In this document: positions 37,411-48,120 of the stretch, piece after piece
Layout: each line of letters starts with the position of its first letter
Position numbering within the stretch: the first letter of the stretch is position 1
Assembly: GCA_965242525.1 (NCBI GenBank)
Contig: OZ251459.1
Span: 1,984,001-2,048,000 of the forward strand
Length of the DNA: 64,000 nucleotides
Direction of reading: 5' to 3'
From: an uncultured Candidatus Binatia bacterium
GTDB taxonomy: Bacteria > Desulfobacterota > Binatia > UBA9968 > JAJDTQ01
Program-made: the position numbers and the translations under genes
Notes under the pieces: generated by a model
What the model was told of the DNA's origin: nothing
The model's database searches: none
Seen by the model: only the letters and a program-made list of their open reading frames with translations

Positions 37411-38433
37411 ATGAAAGCAACTCGCTCGTTCCTGGCCCGGGGCCTCGGCGCCCTCCTGGCCCTGTCGTTTCCGCTGGCCTCCGCGGGAGGCGCCGCGGAC
37501 GGGGTGACGGTCGCCTACTTCCTGGAATGGCCCACGCCGAACATCGCGGCGAAGATCGAGAAGACCTATGACAAGGTCATGGGGGTGGACCTCGCCTGGA
37601 AGTCCTTCGGCACCGGCAACGACATGTCCGCGGCCATGGCTTCGGGGGACGTGCAGATCGCCTACTCCCAGGGGCTGATCCCGTTCATGGTCGCGGTCAG
37701 CCGAGGGTTGCCGCTGGAGGCGGTGGGAGTCGCCGTGGCCTATTCCGACGCCGACAACTGCGTGGCGCACGAAAAGGCCGGCATCGACCGCTCCACCGCC
37801 ATGAACTTCGCCAAGTCCCTCAAGGGCCGGAGGGTCGCCTCGCCCATCGGCAACATCACCCATTACAAACTGCTGAAGACCCTGGCCTACTACGGGCTGT
37901 CGGAGAAGGACGTCTCCATCGTCCCGGTCACCGGGGGCAACGACGCGGCCGCGGCGTTCCTGAGCGAGAGGGTGGATATCGGCTGCGCCTTCGGCGGTCC
38001 GCTGGAACGGATGACCGCCAAGGGCAAGGTGTTGATGACCGGCGCCGAGCAGGAGAACATCGGCATACTCACCTTCGACGTGATCTCCGTGACCCGGGAG
38101 TTCGCCCGGGAGCACCCCGACCGGGTGGTGCAGTTCCTGCAGGTCACCGAGGACGCCAACCGCGCCTTTGCCGCCAACCCCAACGCCCAACTGGCCACCA
38201 TCGCCAAGGCATGGGGGATGAGCCTGGAACAGGTGAAGGGTTATCTCGGCGGCGCCGGCAGCTTCTCGTTCCCGACCCGGGACCAGCAGTTGTCGCCGGC
38301 CTGGATGGGCGGCACGGTGCAGGCCGCGACCAAGGGCGCCGCGGACTTCTTCGTGGAGCAGAAGCAGATGTCCCGGGCCCTGGACGACTACAGCGGCGCC
38401 GTCAACACCCGCTACCTGCAACGGGTGAAGTAG
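37411..38433 (+). CDS. tauA: Taurine ABC transporter substrate-binding protein
   Basis: Signal peptide, VAYFLEWPTPN, MSAAMASGDVQIAYSQG as in alphaproteobacterial-type TauA. Confidence 0.78.
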   Translation: MKATRSFLARGLGALLALSFPLASAGGAADGVTVAYFLEWPTPNIAAKIEKTYDKVMGVDLAWKSFGTGNDMSAAMASGDVQIAYSQGLIPFMVAVSRGLPLEAVGVAVAYSDADNCVAHEKAGIDRSTAMNFAKSLKGRRVASPIGNITHYKLLKTLAYYGLSEKDVSIVPVTGGNDAAAAFLSERVDIGCAFGGPLERMTAKGKVLMTGAEQENIGILTFDVISVTREFAREHPDRVVQFLQVTEDANRAFAANPNAQLATIAKAWGMSLEQVKGYLGGAGSFSFPTRDQQLSPAWMGGTVQAATKGAADFFVEQKQMSRALDDYSGAVNTRYLQRVK

Positions 38434-38470
38434 CGTCCGTCGAGGCGCCGGGAACCCCGGGAGGGCATCC

Positions 38471-39318
<848 letters not shown>

Positions 39319-39322
<4 letters not shown>

Positions 39323-40191
39323 GCCGGGGGACGCCGACGCTCCTGCGCCGGACGCTGGTGCGGCTGGGGCTGCGCAAGGCCGGGGAGGAAGCGCGGAAGA
39401 CCGTGACCTTCGGCGACCCTGCGGCCGCCCGGGGCGGGGTCTTCTGGAGCATCGTCTCCGTGGCCGGGGTGGTGGCGCTGTGGTTCATCGCCACCGAGAA
39501 CCGGTGGACCACGCCCATCTTCCTGCCCCCGCCCGCGGACGTGTGGCGGCAGTTCACACTCACCCTGTTCGACGGGTTCCGCGGCTACAACCTGCTGCAG
39601 CACGTGGGGGTCAGCGTCTATCGCCTGCTGGCGGGTTTCGCCCTCGGCTGCCTGGTGGGCATCCCCATCGGCTTCGCCATGGGGCTGTCGCGCACCATGC
39701 GCGGCCTGTTCGACCCTATCGTGGAGTTCATGCGGCCGATACCGCCCCTCGCCCTGATCCCGCTGATGATCATCTGGGCCGGCATCGACGACAAGCCCAA
39801 GATCATCCTGCTGTTCCTGGCCGCGCTGTGGATCATGGTGCTCGCGGCGCGCGCGGGCGTGCAGAGCATCCGCCTGTCCAAGATCCACGCGGCCTACACC
39901 CTTGGGGCCTCCCGGTCCCAGGTGCTGGTCCGCGTCATCCTGCCCAACTCGCTGCCGGAGATCTTCACCGGCATGCGCGTGGCCATGGGGGTGTGCTGGG
40001 GCACCCTCGTGGCCGCGGAACTGGTGGCCGCGGACGTGGGCATCGGCTTCATGATCGTGGTGGGGGGGAAGTTCCTCGAGACCGGGCTGGTGCTGGTGGG
40101 CGTCATCATCATCGGCGTCATCGGCGCCGCCATCGACGTAGGCATGCGAAAGCTGGAAGCCCGGATGATCCCCTGGAAGGGCAGAGGTTGA
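39319..40191 (+). CDS. tauC: Taurine ABC transporter permease
   Basis: FDPIVEFMRPIPPLA, LPEIFTGMRVAMGVCWGTLVAAELVAA, terminal PWKGRG. Confidence 0.82.
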
Positions 40192-40224
40192 GGCGCCCCG
40201 GCCTCCGGGGCTTTCCATGGGAAA

Positions 40225-40357
40225 GCGCGTCCTTCGACTTCGCTTCGCTACGCTCAGGACGAACGGGGACCTCCACTTGCTACGCTCGGAACGAACGGGA
40301 GTCTCCACTACGCGATCCGATTCCCTCCCTCCTTGAGGGGGAGGGACAGGGAGGGGG
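40225..40357. repeat. REP cluster (42-bp type, partial copy and CCCTCCCTCCTTGAGGGGGAGGG palindrome)
   Basis: Matches other copies; the second palindrome resembles the one inside the 26983 MITE. Confidence 0.7.
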
Positions 40358-40503
40358 GCCGCCCACACCAGCAGACCCATAACGAACGGGGACCGCTGTC
40401 CAGCCTTTCCTTGACACGCCATCGGCAACGGCCTAGGATTCGCAGGACGCACGCATCGACCGCCGACGTTCCATCCACCGCGGACTTTCACGGAGGAAGA
40501 AAA

Positions 40504-41628
40504 ATGGCCAAACAAGGCTTCAAGGCAATGGATTCGGACATGCACGTCTTCGAGCCCGCGGACCTGTGGGAGCGCTACATGGACCCGGAGTTCCGGGACC
40601 GGGCCCCCAAGGGGCTGCAACGGGACTTCCGGGACCTGGGCGTGGAGGTGGAGGGGAAGATCCTCCCCGTTCCCCGGCGGCCCGAGAACCCGGCGCTCCG
40701 GGACTACCGCCTGACCACCCTCAAGGAGAAGTACGGCGACGTGGCCGAGCGCGGTTTCGACGGCGTGAGCCAAGTCATGGCCATGGACAAGGAGGGGCTC
40801 GACCTGGCCTTCCTCTTCCCCACCCGCGGGTTGTTCGTCCTGGGCATCGACGGCCTCGACCCCGAGCTCGCCGCGGCCATATCCCGGGCCTACAACGACT
40901 GGCTCCACGACTTCGCGCAAGCCGCGCCGGACCGGATGCTCTGCGTCGCCATGGTGCCGCCCCAGAACGTGGAAGCAGCGGTGGCGGAGACCCGGCGCAC
41001 CGTAGGCGAGATGGGTTTCCGGGGCATATTCATGAGGCCCAACCAGACCAACGGGCGCTGCTGGAGCGACCCCTACTACGATCCGCTATGGGACGTGTGC
41101 CAGAGCCTCGACGTGCCGGTGGGCTTCCACGAAGCCGGGCGGGTCTATCAGCCGCAACCCGCCATCTCCCAGTTCATCCCCACGTTCTCCATGTTCAACA
41201 CCCTGAGCTTTCCGCTGGCCAACATGTTCGCCTGCTCGGACATGATCTACGGCGGCGTGATGGAACGCTTCCCCAGGCTGCGCGTCGCGTTCCTGGAAGG
41301 GAACTGCTCGTGGCTCCCCTGGCTCCTGTGGCGCATGGGCGACTACATGGAGTCGGTGGGGAAGGCGGAGTACCCGGACTTGACGCTCGAACCCCTGGAG
41401 TACTTCCAGCGCCAGTGTTTCGGCGCGGTCGAATGCGACGAGGTCACCGCAAAGCACATGCCCGAGTACGGCCTGGAGGACAACCTGGTGTTCTCCACCG
41501 ACTACCCGCACCTGGACGTCAAGTACCCCCACTCGCTGGACGCTTTCCTGGAGATGCCGTTCTCCAACGAGTCCAAGCGCAAGTACCTCTGGGACAACTG
41601 TGCGAGGCTGTACAACCTGGGGCAGTGA
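40504..41628 (+). CDS. Amidohydrolase_2 family protein
   Basis: DSDMHVFEP, AYNDWL, VGFHE, LEGNCSWLP, STDYPH, DNCARLY. Confidence 0.88.
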   Translation: MAKQGFKAMDSDMHVFEPADLWERYMDPEFRDRAPKGLQRDFRDLGVEVEGKILPVPRRPENPALRDYRLTTLKEKYGDVAERGFDGVSQVMAMDKEGLDLAFLFPTRGLFVLGIDGLDPELAAAISRAYNDWLHDFAQAAPDRMLCVAMVPPQNVEAAVAETRRTVGEMGFRGIFMRPNQTNGRCWSDPYYDPLWDVCQSLDVPVGFHEAGRVYQPQPAISQFIPTFSMFNTLSFPLANMFACSDMIYGGVMERFPRLRVAFLEGNCSWLPWLLWRMGDYMESVGKAEYPDLTLEPLEYFQRQCFGAVECDEVTAKHMPEYGLEDNLVFSTDYPHLDVKYPHSLDAFLEMPFSNESKRKYLWDNCARLYNLGQ

Positions 41629-41641
41629 CGCCGGGGTTTCC

Positions 41642-42766
41642 GTGCGGACATTCGAGCGACGGGGGATCGTCGAAGGGTTCTTCGGTCCCCCGTGGACCAC
41701 CGCCCACCGCGCCGCCATGTTCGCCTTCGGCGCGGCCCGGGGCATGAACACCTACCTCTACGCCCCCAAGGACGACCCGTACCACCGGGAGCTCTGGCGA
41801 CTGCCCTACCCGGAACCGGAGTGGCGCGAGCTCTGCCGCCTCATCGAGGCGGCCCAGGGTCAAGGCATCGACTTCGTCTATGGCTTCCACCCCGGCAAGG
41901 ACCTCCGCTTCACCGCCCCGGAACCCGTACAGGTCCTGCTCGACAAGGCCGCGAGGCTGTACGACCGGGGCGTGCGGACCTTTGCCGTGCTGTTCGACGA
42001 CATCCCGTCGCACCTCACCCACGCCGAGGACGTGCGCAAGTTCGACCGCAGCCTGGCCAGAGCTGAATCCCTCTGGCTCGAAACCGTGATGGAGCGGCAA
42101 CCCGCCCACTGGCGCGTAGAGTGGTGGTTCTGTCCCTCGTACTACACGGACGACCCGTTGCTGGCCCGGACCTTCGGCGCCTTCGAGTCCGGGTTCCTGG
42201 AGACCGTGGGACGGTGCCTGCCCGCTTCCGTGAGCTGCTTCTGGACCGGGCCGAAGGTGGTGCCCGGGAGCATCGACTTGGCCCACATGGAGGCGGTGGG
42301 CGAACGGGTCGGACACCGGCTGCTGCTCTGGGACAACTATCCGGTCAACGACCTCACCATGAGCGACGAGCTGCACATCGGACCGCTCACCGGCCGGGAC
42401 CCGCGGCTCCCGGAGCGGGTCCACGCGCACTTGGCCAACCCGCTGCTGCAGGAAGAACTCAGCTTCGTTCCCCTGGCCACGTGCTTCGACTATGCCCGGG
42501 ACCCGTCCGCATACGCGCCGGAGGCGAGCTGGGAGGCGGTCGTGGCCGAGCGCTTCGGCCCCGCCAACCTGGACCACTGGCGCGCCCTCAGACGGTTCTG
42601 CGAGAAGGACGCGGGCGCCGCGGCGACGACGGCGCTTTCGGAACCGGAGCGCGCCGCGCTCGAAGCGGCCCACGCCTACCTGCTGGCGCACAGGGACGAA
42701 CGGTGGGGCCGGGAGTTCGCCCCGTGGCAAACCCGGCTGGAGCTCCTGCTCCGGGGAGACCGGTGA
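41642..42766 (+). CDS. GH84 beta-N-acetylglucosaminidase (O-GlcNAcase-like), cytoplasmic
   Basis: RGIVEGFFGPPW, YLYAPKDDPYHR, catalytic LFDDI, WTGPKV, WDNYPVND; no signal peptide. Confidence 0.88.
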   Translation: MRTFERRGIVEGFFGPPWTTAHRAAMFAFGAARGMNTYLYAPKDDPYHRELWRLPYPEPEWRELCRLIEAAQGQGIDFVYGFHPGKDLRFTAPEPVQVLLDKAARLYDRGVRTFAVLFDDIPSHLTHAEDVRKFDRSLARAESLWLETVMERQPAHWRVEWWFCPSYYTDDPLLARTFGAFESGFLETVGRCLPASVSCFWTGPKVVPGSIDLAHMEAVGERVGHRLLLWDNYPVNDLTMSDELHIGPLTGRDPRLPERVHAHLANPLLQEELSFVPLATCFDYARDPSAYAPEASWEAVVAERFGPANLDHWRALRRFCEKDAGAAATTALSEPERAALEAAHAYLLAHRDERWGREFAPWQTRLELLLRGDR

Positions 42767-42918
42767 CGGGCCGCCGCGGCGCCGCGGGAGGGGCCGCCGG
42801 CGGACACCGGGCGGCCGCCGGGCAGGGATCCCCGCACCCCCTGCGAAGCGCCCCGGAAGACGCCTCGGCCGGGCGGACGGCCGCCGGGGGCCGGTCCCTG
42901 CGCCCCGCGGAGGAAGGA

Positions 42919-44211
42919 ATGCCGTCGGCCGACAACCTGCTGGACACCCTGCACGAAGTGCGGTCCCGAACCCTCGCCCTGGTGGAGGACCTCACGGACG
43001 AACAACTGATCGGCCCCAACCTCCCCATCGTCAACCCTCCGCTCTGGGAGATCGGCCACGTGGCCTGGTTCCACGAACGCTGGGCGCTCCGGCGCCTGCG
43101 CGGCCGCGACGCCATCCTCCCGCAAGGCGACGCCCTCTACAATTCTGCAACCGTCCCCCACGATTCCCGCTGGGACCTGGCGCTGCCGTCGCGGGAAGCG
43201 ACCCTCGACTACATGGCGCGCGTTCTCGATCGCATCTCGGAAGCACTGCCCGGCCGCGCGCCCGGACCGGAGGAAACCTACTTCCACCGACTGGGCGTCC
43301 TGCACGAAGACATGCACGCGGAGGCGCTGACCTACACGCGCCAGACCCTGGCCTACCCCGGGCCCTCGTTCCTCCCCCGCGGGCCGGCCTCGGCCGGCGG
43401 CCCCCACCCGGGCGACGCGGAGGTCCCCGGCGGCGAGTTCCTGCTCGGGGCAAGCCCGGACTCCCCCTTCGTCTTCGACAACGAGAAGTGGGGGCACCCG
43501 ATGACCGTGGCGCCCTACTGCATGGCCAAGGCGCCGGTGACCAACGCCGAGTTCGCCGCGTTCGTGGACGACCGGGGCTACGAGGATCCGCGCTGGTGGA
43601 GCGCCGCGGGCTGGGAGTGGCGCCGGACCGGAGGCGGACCCCATCCCGTGTACTGGCGTCGGGAGTCCCCCGGACGCTGGCTGGAGCGGACCTTCGACCG
43701 ATGGCTGCCGCTTGAGGGCCACCTCCCGGTGATCCACGTCAACTGGTACGAGGCCGAGGCATACTGCAACTGGGCCGGACGCCGGTTGCCCACCGAGGCC
43801 GAGTGGGAGATGGCCGCGGCGGTGGACCCCGCGGACCGAGCGGACCCGGAAGCGGCCAAGCGCCGTTTCCCGTGGGGCGGCGCGCCCCCCGACCCGGACC
43901 GCGGCAACCTCGACTGGGCCGGGGGCGGCCGGACGCCGGTGGACGCGCTTCCGGCCGGCGACAGCCCGGTGGGCTGCCGGCAGATGATCGGCAACGTGTG
44001 GGAGTGGACGGCCGACGTCTTCCACCCCTACCCCGGTTTCGTCCGGGACCCCTACGAGGAGTACTCCGAGCCCTGGTTCGGAGACCACCGGGTGCTGCGC
44101 GGCGGCTGCTGGACCACCCGCTCGCACCTCATCCGCAACACGTGGCGCAACTTCTACAAACCGGACCGCCGGGACGTCCTCGCCGGCTTCCGCACCTGCG
44201 CACGGCGATGA
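42919..44211 (+). CDS. senA: Selenoneine synthase SenA (EgtB-family DinB + FGE-sulfatase)
   Basis: PIVNPPLWEIGHVAWF and HEDMHAE iron ligands typical of the SenA clade; FDNEKW, RLPTEAEWE, GNVWEW, GFRTC. An in-frame GTG at 42763 overlaps the GH84 stop. Confidence 0.8.
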   Translation: MPSADNLLDTLHEVRSRTLALVEDLTDEQLIGPNLPIVNPPLWEIGHVAWFHERWALRRLRGRDAILPQGDALYNSATVPHDSRWDLALPSREATLDYMARVLDRISEALPGRAPGPEETYFHRLGVLHEDMHAEALTYTRQTLAYPGPSFLPRGPASAGGPHPGDAEVPGGEFLLGASPDSPFVFDNEKWGHPMTVAPYCMAKAPVTNAEFAAFVDDRGYEDPRWWSAAGWEWRRTGGGPHPVYWRRESPGRWLERTFDRWLPLEGHLPVIHVNWYEAEAYCNWAGRRLPTEAEWEMAAAVDPADRADPEAAKRRFPWGGAPPDPDRGNLDWAGGGRTPVDALPAGDSPVGCRQMIGNVWEWTADVFHPYPGFVRDPYEEYSEPWFGDHRVLRGGCWTTRSHLIRNTWRNFYKPDRRDVLAGFRTCARR

Positions 44212-44216
44212 CCGGA

Positions 44217-44445
44217 GGAACCCCTGAACAATCGAGGCATGGAAAGCGCGTCCTTCGACTTCGCTTCGCTACGCTCAGGACGAACGGGGGTAATCGTTCA
44301 GGGTTTCATGAAGGGAGAGTCTGGACAATTGGGCAGAGGGCATGAGTGCGCCCTTCGACTCCGCTTCGCTACGCTCAGGGCGAACGGGGGTGGAGGGTCA
44401 GGGCAAGGGAATCCACTCTCCATGTCTCGATTGTCCAGCGGTTCC
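44217..44445 (-). mobile_element. Two tandem IS5-like MITEs each carrying the 42-bp REP
   Basis: 44217-44308 (GGAACCCCTGAACAATCG...CGTTCAGGGTTTCA) and 44314-44445 (GGAGAGTCTGGACAAT...ATTGTCCAGCGGTTCC); the second is flanked by TGAAG on both sides. Confidence 0.72.
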
Positions 44446-44511
44446 TGAAGGTCTTGGAGTAGGCGCCATTCGACAAGATGGAAACCAAGACGAAGCGACT
44501 GTAAACAAGGA

Positions 44512-44814
44512 GGCTCTTCCGGCTTTCGTGTGGGTAAGGCAGGAAGGAAAGGGAAGCGACATCACCGCGGAGGCTCACCCCGTCATTCCCGCGAAAGCAT
44601 GTCCTCGCGGAAGCGGGGGCGGGAATCCATCCGCTTTCCTCGCTCTCGTTGTACAAACCTCTCATACAGGGCGCCATGGGGTTTGCTCGCAAGGTCTGGA
44701 TTCCCGCTTTCGCGGGAATGACAAGACGGGGCTTTCGCGGGTATGACGGGATGAAGCTTTCGCGGGTATGACGGGATGGGGAGTGTCGCAATCCACACGA
44801 ATTCCTGAAGCGCC
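44512..44814 (+). mobile_element. ISL3-derived MITE with 8-bp TSD AACAAGGA, filled with CGTC REPs
   Basis: TIRs GGCTCTTCCGGCTTTCGTGTGGGT / ATCCACACGAATTCCTGAAGCGCC; AACAAGGA at 44504-44511 and 44815-44822. Confidence 0.85.
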
Positions 44815-44881
44815 AACAAGGATGGCTCCCGCGCTATCATACGTCCTTATGGTGGCAGCCACTCCAAGATCTTCAATTTCC

Positions 44882-44985
44882 CCGTTCATCCTGAGCGTAA
44901 CGTAGCGAAATCCTCCGTTCGTCCTGAGCGTAGCGAAGCGAAGTCGAAGGACGCGCTCATGCTCCCTCGATCGTCCAGGGGTTCC
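44882..44985 (+). repeat. Partial plus full 42-bp REP and an IS5-like MITE end
   Basis: CCGTTCATCCTGAGCG partial copy, full copy at 44915-44956, then CGATCGTCCAGGGGTTCC. Confidence 0.7.
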
Positions 44986-45093
44986 CGGGATGCCGCGAGG
45001 GAAACGACAGGGTCACAAATGAAGGAACCGAGGGCCGTCGCCGGCCCTCGCAAGGAAAGGACCGCGGAATTGGCAAACGACTCGCTCGAACGC

Positions 45094-46053
45094 ATGGCCG
45101 CCATCGCCCTGGTGACCCCCGCGGGACCCACCCGGCGCACGGGCAACCGCATCTCGGGGGGCCGGTGGGGGCGGATCCTCAGGGCATCGGGCCATCGGGT
45201 CCGGACCCTGGACCGCTACGACAGTGAACACTGCGACCTGCTCATCGCGCTGCACGCCCGCCGCAGCCACGAGTCCGTCCTGCGGTTCCGCCAACTCCAC
45301 CCCCACAGGCCCGTCATCGTGGTGCTGACCGGGACGGACCTGTACCACGACATCCGCGTCAACGAGGACGCCCAGGAGTCCCTCCGGCTGGCGAGCCGCC
45401 TGGTGGTGCTGCAGCAACAGGGGCTCCGGGAACTCTCCCCTGCACTCCAGCGGAAGACCCGGGTCATCTACCAGTCGGCGTCGCCCTGCACCCCTCGCCC
45501 CGGAGACCGGCGCAGGGCCTTCACCGTATCGGTGGCGGGCCACATGCGGACCGAGAAGGACCCGTTCCGCACGGCCATGGCGGTGCGCGGGTTGCCGTCC
45601 TCGTCCCGGATCCGAGTGCTGCACATGGGCGCCGCCCTGAGCGAGGACATGGAGCGGCGCGCCCGGCGGGAGGAAGAGCGGAACCCGCGGTACCGCTGGC
45701 TGGGGGAATTGGCGCACTGGCAGGCGCGGCAGATGCTCGCCAAGGGCCACCTCCTGTCCATTACCTCGCGCATGGAGGGCAGCTCCAACGTCCTGTGCGA
45801 GGCCCTGGCCTCCGGGGTTCCGGTGGCTGCCTCGAAGATCCCGGGACTGGTGGGGACCCTGGGCGAAGACTACCCGGGGTACTTCGAACTCGGTGACACC
45901 GGAGGGCTGCGGCGGCTGTTGCTCAGGGCCGAAGGCGACCCGGAGTTCTACCGGAGCCTGACGCGGCATTGCGCCAAGGCCGCGCCGCTGGTGCTCCCCG
46001 AGCGCGAAGTCCAAGCCTGGCGGCGCCTGGTGGACGAGGTCGCCGCCGGCTGA
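45094..46053 (+). CDS. senB: Selenosugar synthase SenB (TIGR04348-type glycosyltransferase)
   Basis: IALVTPA...TGNRISGGRW, LIALHARRS, VVLTGTDLY, GHMRTEKDPF, SRMEGSSNVLCEA, GTLGEDYPGYF. Confidence 0.85.
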   Translation: MAAIALVTPAGPTRRTGNRISGGRWGRILRASGHRVRTLDRYDSEHCDLLIALHARRSHESVLRFRQLHPHRPVIVVLTGTDLYHDIRVNEDAQESLRLASRLVVLQQQGLRELSPALQRKTRVIYQSASPCTPRPGDRRRAFTVSVAGHMRTEKDPFRTAMAVRGLPSSSRIRVLHMGAALSEDMERRARREEERNPRYRWLGELAHWQARQMLAKGHLLSITSRMEGSSNVLCEALASGVPVAASKIPGLVGTLGEDYPGYFELGDTGGLRRLLLRAEGDPEFYRSLTRHCAKAAPLVLPEREVQAWRRLVDEVAAG

Positions 46054-46168
46054 CTCCACGAGGGGCCGCGCCTGCATGGCGCCGGTGCCGTCGTTCCCGA
46101 GATGGATTCCCGCTTTCGCGGGAATGACGGGGAGTCGGCGTCCGGTTGCCGGCTTGCTGCTTTCCGGC

Positions 46169-47332
46169 TCACTCCGCGCCGGAGAGGACCTCCGTCAGCG
46201 CCTCGGCTACGGTGTCCAGCTCGGCGTGGGTGATGGTGAGGGGGGGCAGCAGCCGCACCACGGTGGCGCCCGCGGGCAAGGCGAGCACGCCTCGCTCCAT
46301 GAGCCGGACCAGGTACGGCTGGGACTTCTCCTTGAGCTCGATGCCGATCATCAGGCCCAGTTGCCGCAGTTCCCTGACCTTGGGCAAATCCCTCGCCTCC
46401 AGGCGCTCCCGCAGGTAGGCGCCCTTTTCCGCGGCTGCCTGGTCGAGCCGTTCCTCGACCATGGCGTCGATGGCCGCAAGGGACGCGGCGCAGGCCAGGG
46501 GGTTGCCGCCGAAGGTGCTGCCGTGCCTGCCCACCGGGGGCGTCACCTTGTCGGAACAGAGCACCGCGCCCATGGGGATGCCCCCGGCCATGGCCTTGGC
46601 CAGGCACAGGATGTCGGGCTCCAGGCCGAAGTGCTCGCAGGCGAACATCTTTCCGGTGCGGCAGAAACCGGTCTGGACCTCGTCGATGACCAGCAGGACG
46701 CCCCGGTCCCGGCACAGCTCGCCCACTTGTGAGAAGAACTCCGCCTTGCCGAGGTTCACCCCCCCTTCCCCCTGGACCACCTCCAGCAGCACGGCCGCGG
46801 TGTCGTCGCCCACCTGCGCTTCCAGCTTGGCGAAGTTGTTGAAGGGCGCGAACCGGAAACCTTCCACCACCGGCACGAAGGGCTCCCGGTACTCGCGCGT
46901 GAAGGTGGCGCTCAGGGCGCCCATGGTGCGGCCGTGGAACCCGCGCATGGCGCACACGAGCTCGTGCTTGCCGGTGGTGAAGCGGGCGAACTTGATGGCC
47001 GCTTCGATGGTCTCGGCGCCCGAGTTGCACAGGTAGGCGCGGGTGAGGCCGCCCGGGGCGATGCCCACCAGCCGCTCCAGCAGCCGCGCCTTGACGTCGT
47101 TGTAGAAGATCCCCGGGCAGGTCAGCAGCCGCCGGGCCTGCTCGGCCACCGCCTCCGCCACCTTCGGGTGGCAGTGGCCCAAGCTGGCCACGCCGTGGCC
47201 GGCCGCGCAGTCGATGTACTCCCGGCCGGCGTCGTCCCACACCCGGGCGCCCTGGCCGCGCACCAGCACCACGTCGCGCTTGGGATAGACGTCGAACTCG
47301 TACCGCCGCTGCAACTCCATCCAGTCGCTCAC
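46169..47332 (-). CDS. lysJ: [LysW]-aminoadipate/glutamate semialdehyde transaminase (LysJ/ArgD)
   Basis: Class III aminotransferase: CNSGAE, FHGRTMGALS, VQGEGG, DEVQTG, LAKAMAGG, HGSTFGGNPLACAA; last gene of the lysW operon. Confidence 0.85.
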   Translation of the reverse strand: MSDWMELQRRYEFDVYPKRDVVLVRGQGARVWDDAGREYIDCAAGHGVASLGHCHPKVAEAVAEQARRLLTCPGIFYNDVKARLLERLVGIAPGGLTRAYLCNSGAETIEAAIKFARFTTGKHELVCAMRGFHGRTMGALSATFTREYREPFVPVVEGFRFAPFNNFAKLEAQVGDDTAAVLLEVVQGEGGVNLGKAEFFSQVGELCRDRGVLLVIDEVQTGFCRTGKMFACEHFGLEPDILCLAKAMAGGIPMGAVLCSDKVTPPVGRHGSTFGGNPLACAASLAAIDAMVEERLDQAAAEKGAYLRERLEARDLPKVRELRQLGLMIGIELKEKSQPYLVRLMERGVLALPAGATVVRLLPPLTITHAELDTVAEALTEVLSGAE

Positions 47333-48120
47333 CGGATCACCGTTCCCTTCCCCGCCAGGGCGTCGCGCACCGGGTGCTCCACCCTGCCGTCGCTCATGAC
47401 GACTCTCTCCGCCCCTTCCTCGAACAGCCGCCGCAACGCCAGCATCTTGCGCTTCATGCGCCCGGCCACCTGGGCCTCCCGCTGCTCCAGCTCGGCCGCG
47501 CGGATGTGCGGGACCACCGTGCCCTCGTCGTCCTTGTCCTCCAGGAACCCGGGGGCTTCGATGAGCTGCAACACCACCTCGGCGTGGAAGGCGGCCTGGA
47601 GCGCGTTCACGATGTCGTCGTTCTCGGAGTTGATGGCGGTTCGGCTCTCGTCGATGATGGGGATGGAGAGCACGGGCCGGTAGCCGTGGTCCAGCAGCAG
47701 CCGCAGCAACTCCTCGTTGACGCTCCGGGGCTTCCCCGAGAAGTCCCGGACGATCAGCGTCTTGCCGTCCTTCCGCACCCGGATGCCCTTGTTGCGCCGG
47801 CCCTGGACGGCCCTGCCATCGATGCCGGAAAGGCCCACGGCGTTGACCCCGTTCCGTTGCAGCAACTCCACGATGCGCTTGTTCTGGAGGCCCGCATACG
47901 CCATCAGGATGGCGTCCATGGCCGCCTCGTCCGAGCGCACGCTGGTGTAGCCCGACACCGACGTCAGCACCTGGGTGGGAGCGCCGAGCTTGGCCGCAAG
48001 CGCGTCGCGCACCGCGTTGGCCCCGTGCACCAACACGAAGGGGTCGGACACCTCGGCTAGGTCCCGGGCGACGCCCGGCAGGTTGATGGCGCTGCCGCCG
48101 CCCACCTTCACCAGGATCAT
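47329..48120 (-). CDS. lysZ: [LysW]-aminoadipate/glutamate kinase
   Basis: MILVKVGGG, LVHGAN, TSVSGYTSVRSD, NAVGLSGIDG, GRMKRK. Confidence 0.85.
   Translation of the reverse strand: MILVKVGGGSAINLPGVARDLAEVSDPFVLVHGANAVRDALAAKLGAPTQVLTSVSGYTSVRSDEAAMDAILMAYAGLQNKRIVELLQRNGVNAVGLSGIDGRAVQGRRNKGIRVRKDGKTLIVRDFSGKPRSVNEELLRLLLDHGYRPVLSIPIIDESRTAINSENDDIVNALQAAFHAEVVLQLIEAPGFLEDKDDEGTVVPHIRAAELEQREAQVAGRMKRKMLALRRLFEEGAERVVMSDGRVEHPVRDALAGKGTVIR

Noticed and set aside
44212-45093. Possible CRISPR array
   Set aside because: The repeats are of mixed families and orientations with irregular spacing, they are dispersed across the window, and no cas genes are present.
41600-46053. Selenocysteine (TGA) recoding in the selenium-related genes
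   Set aside because: All these reading frames are complete without internal TGA, and no selA/selB/selC is visible.
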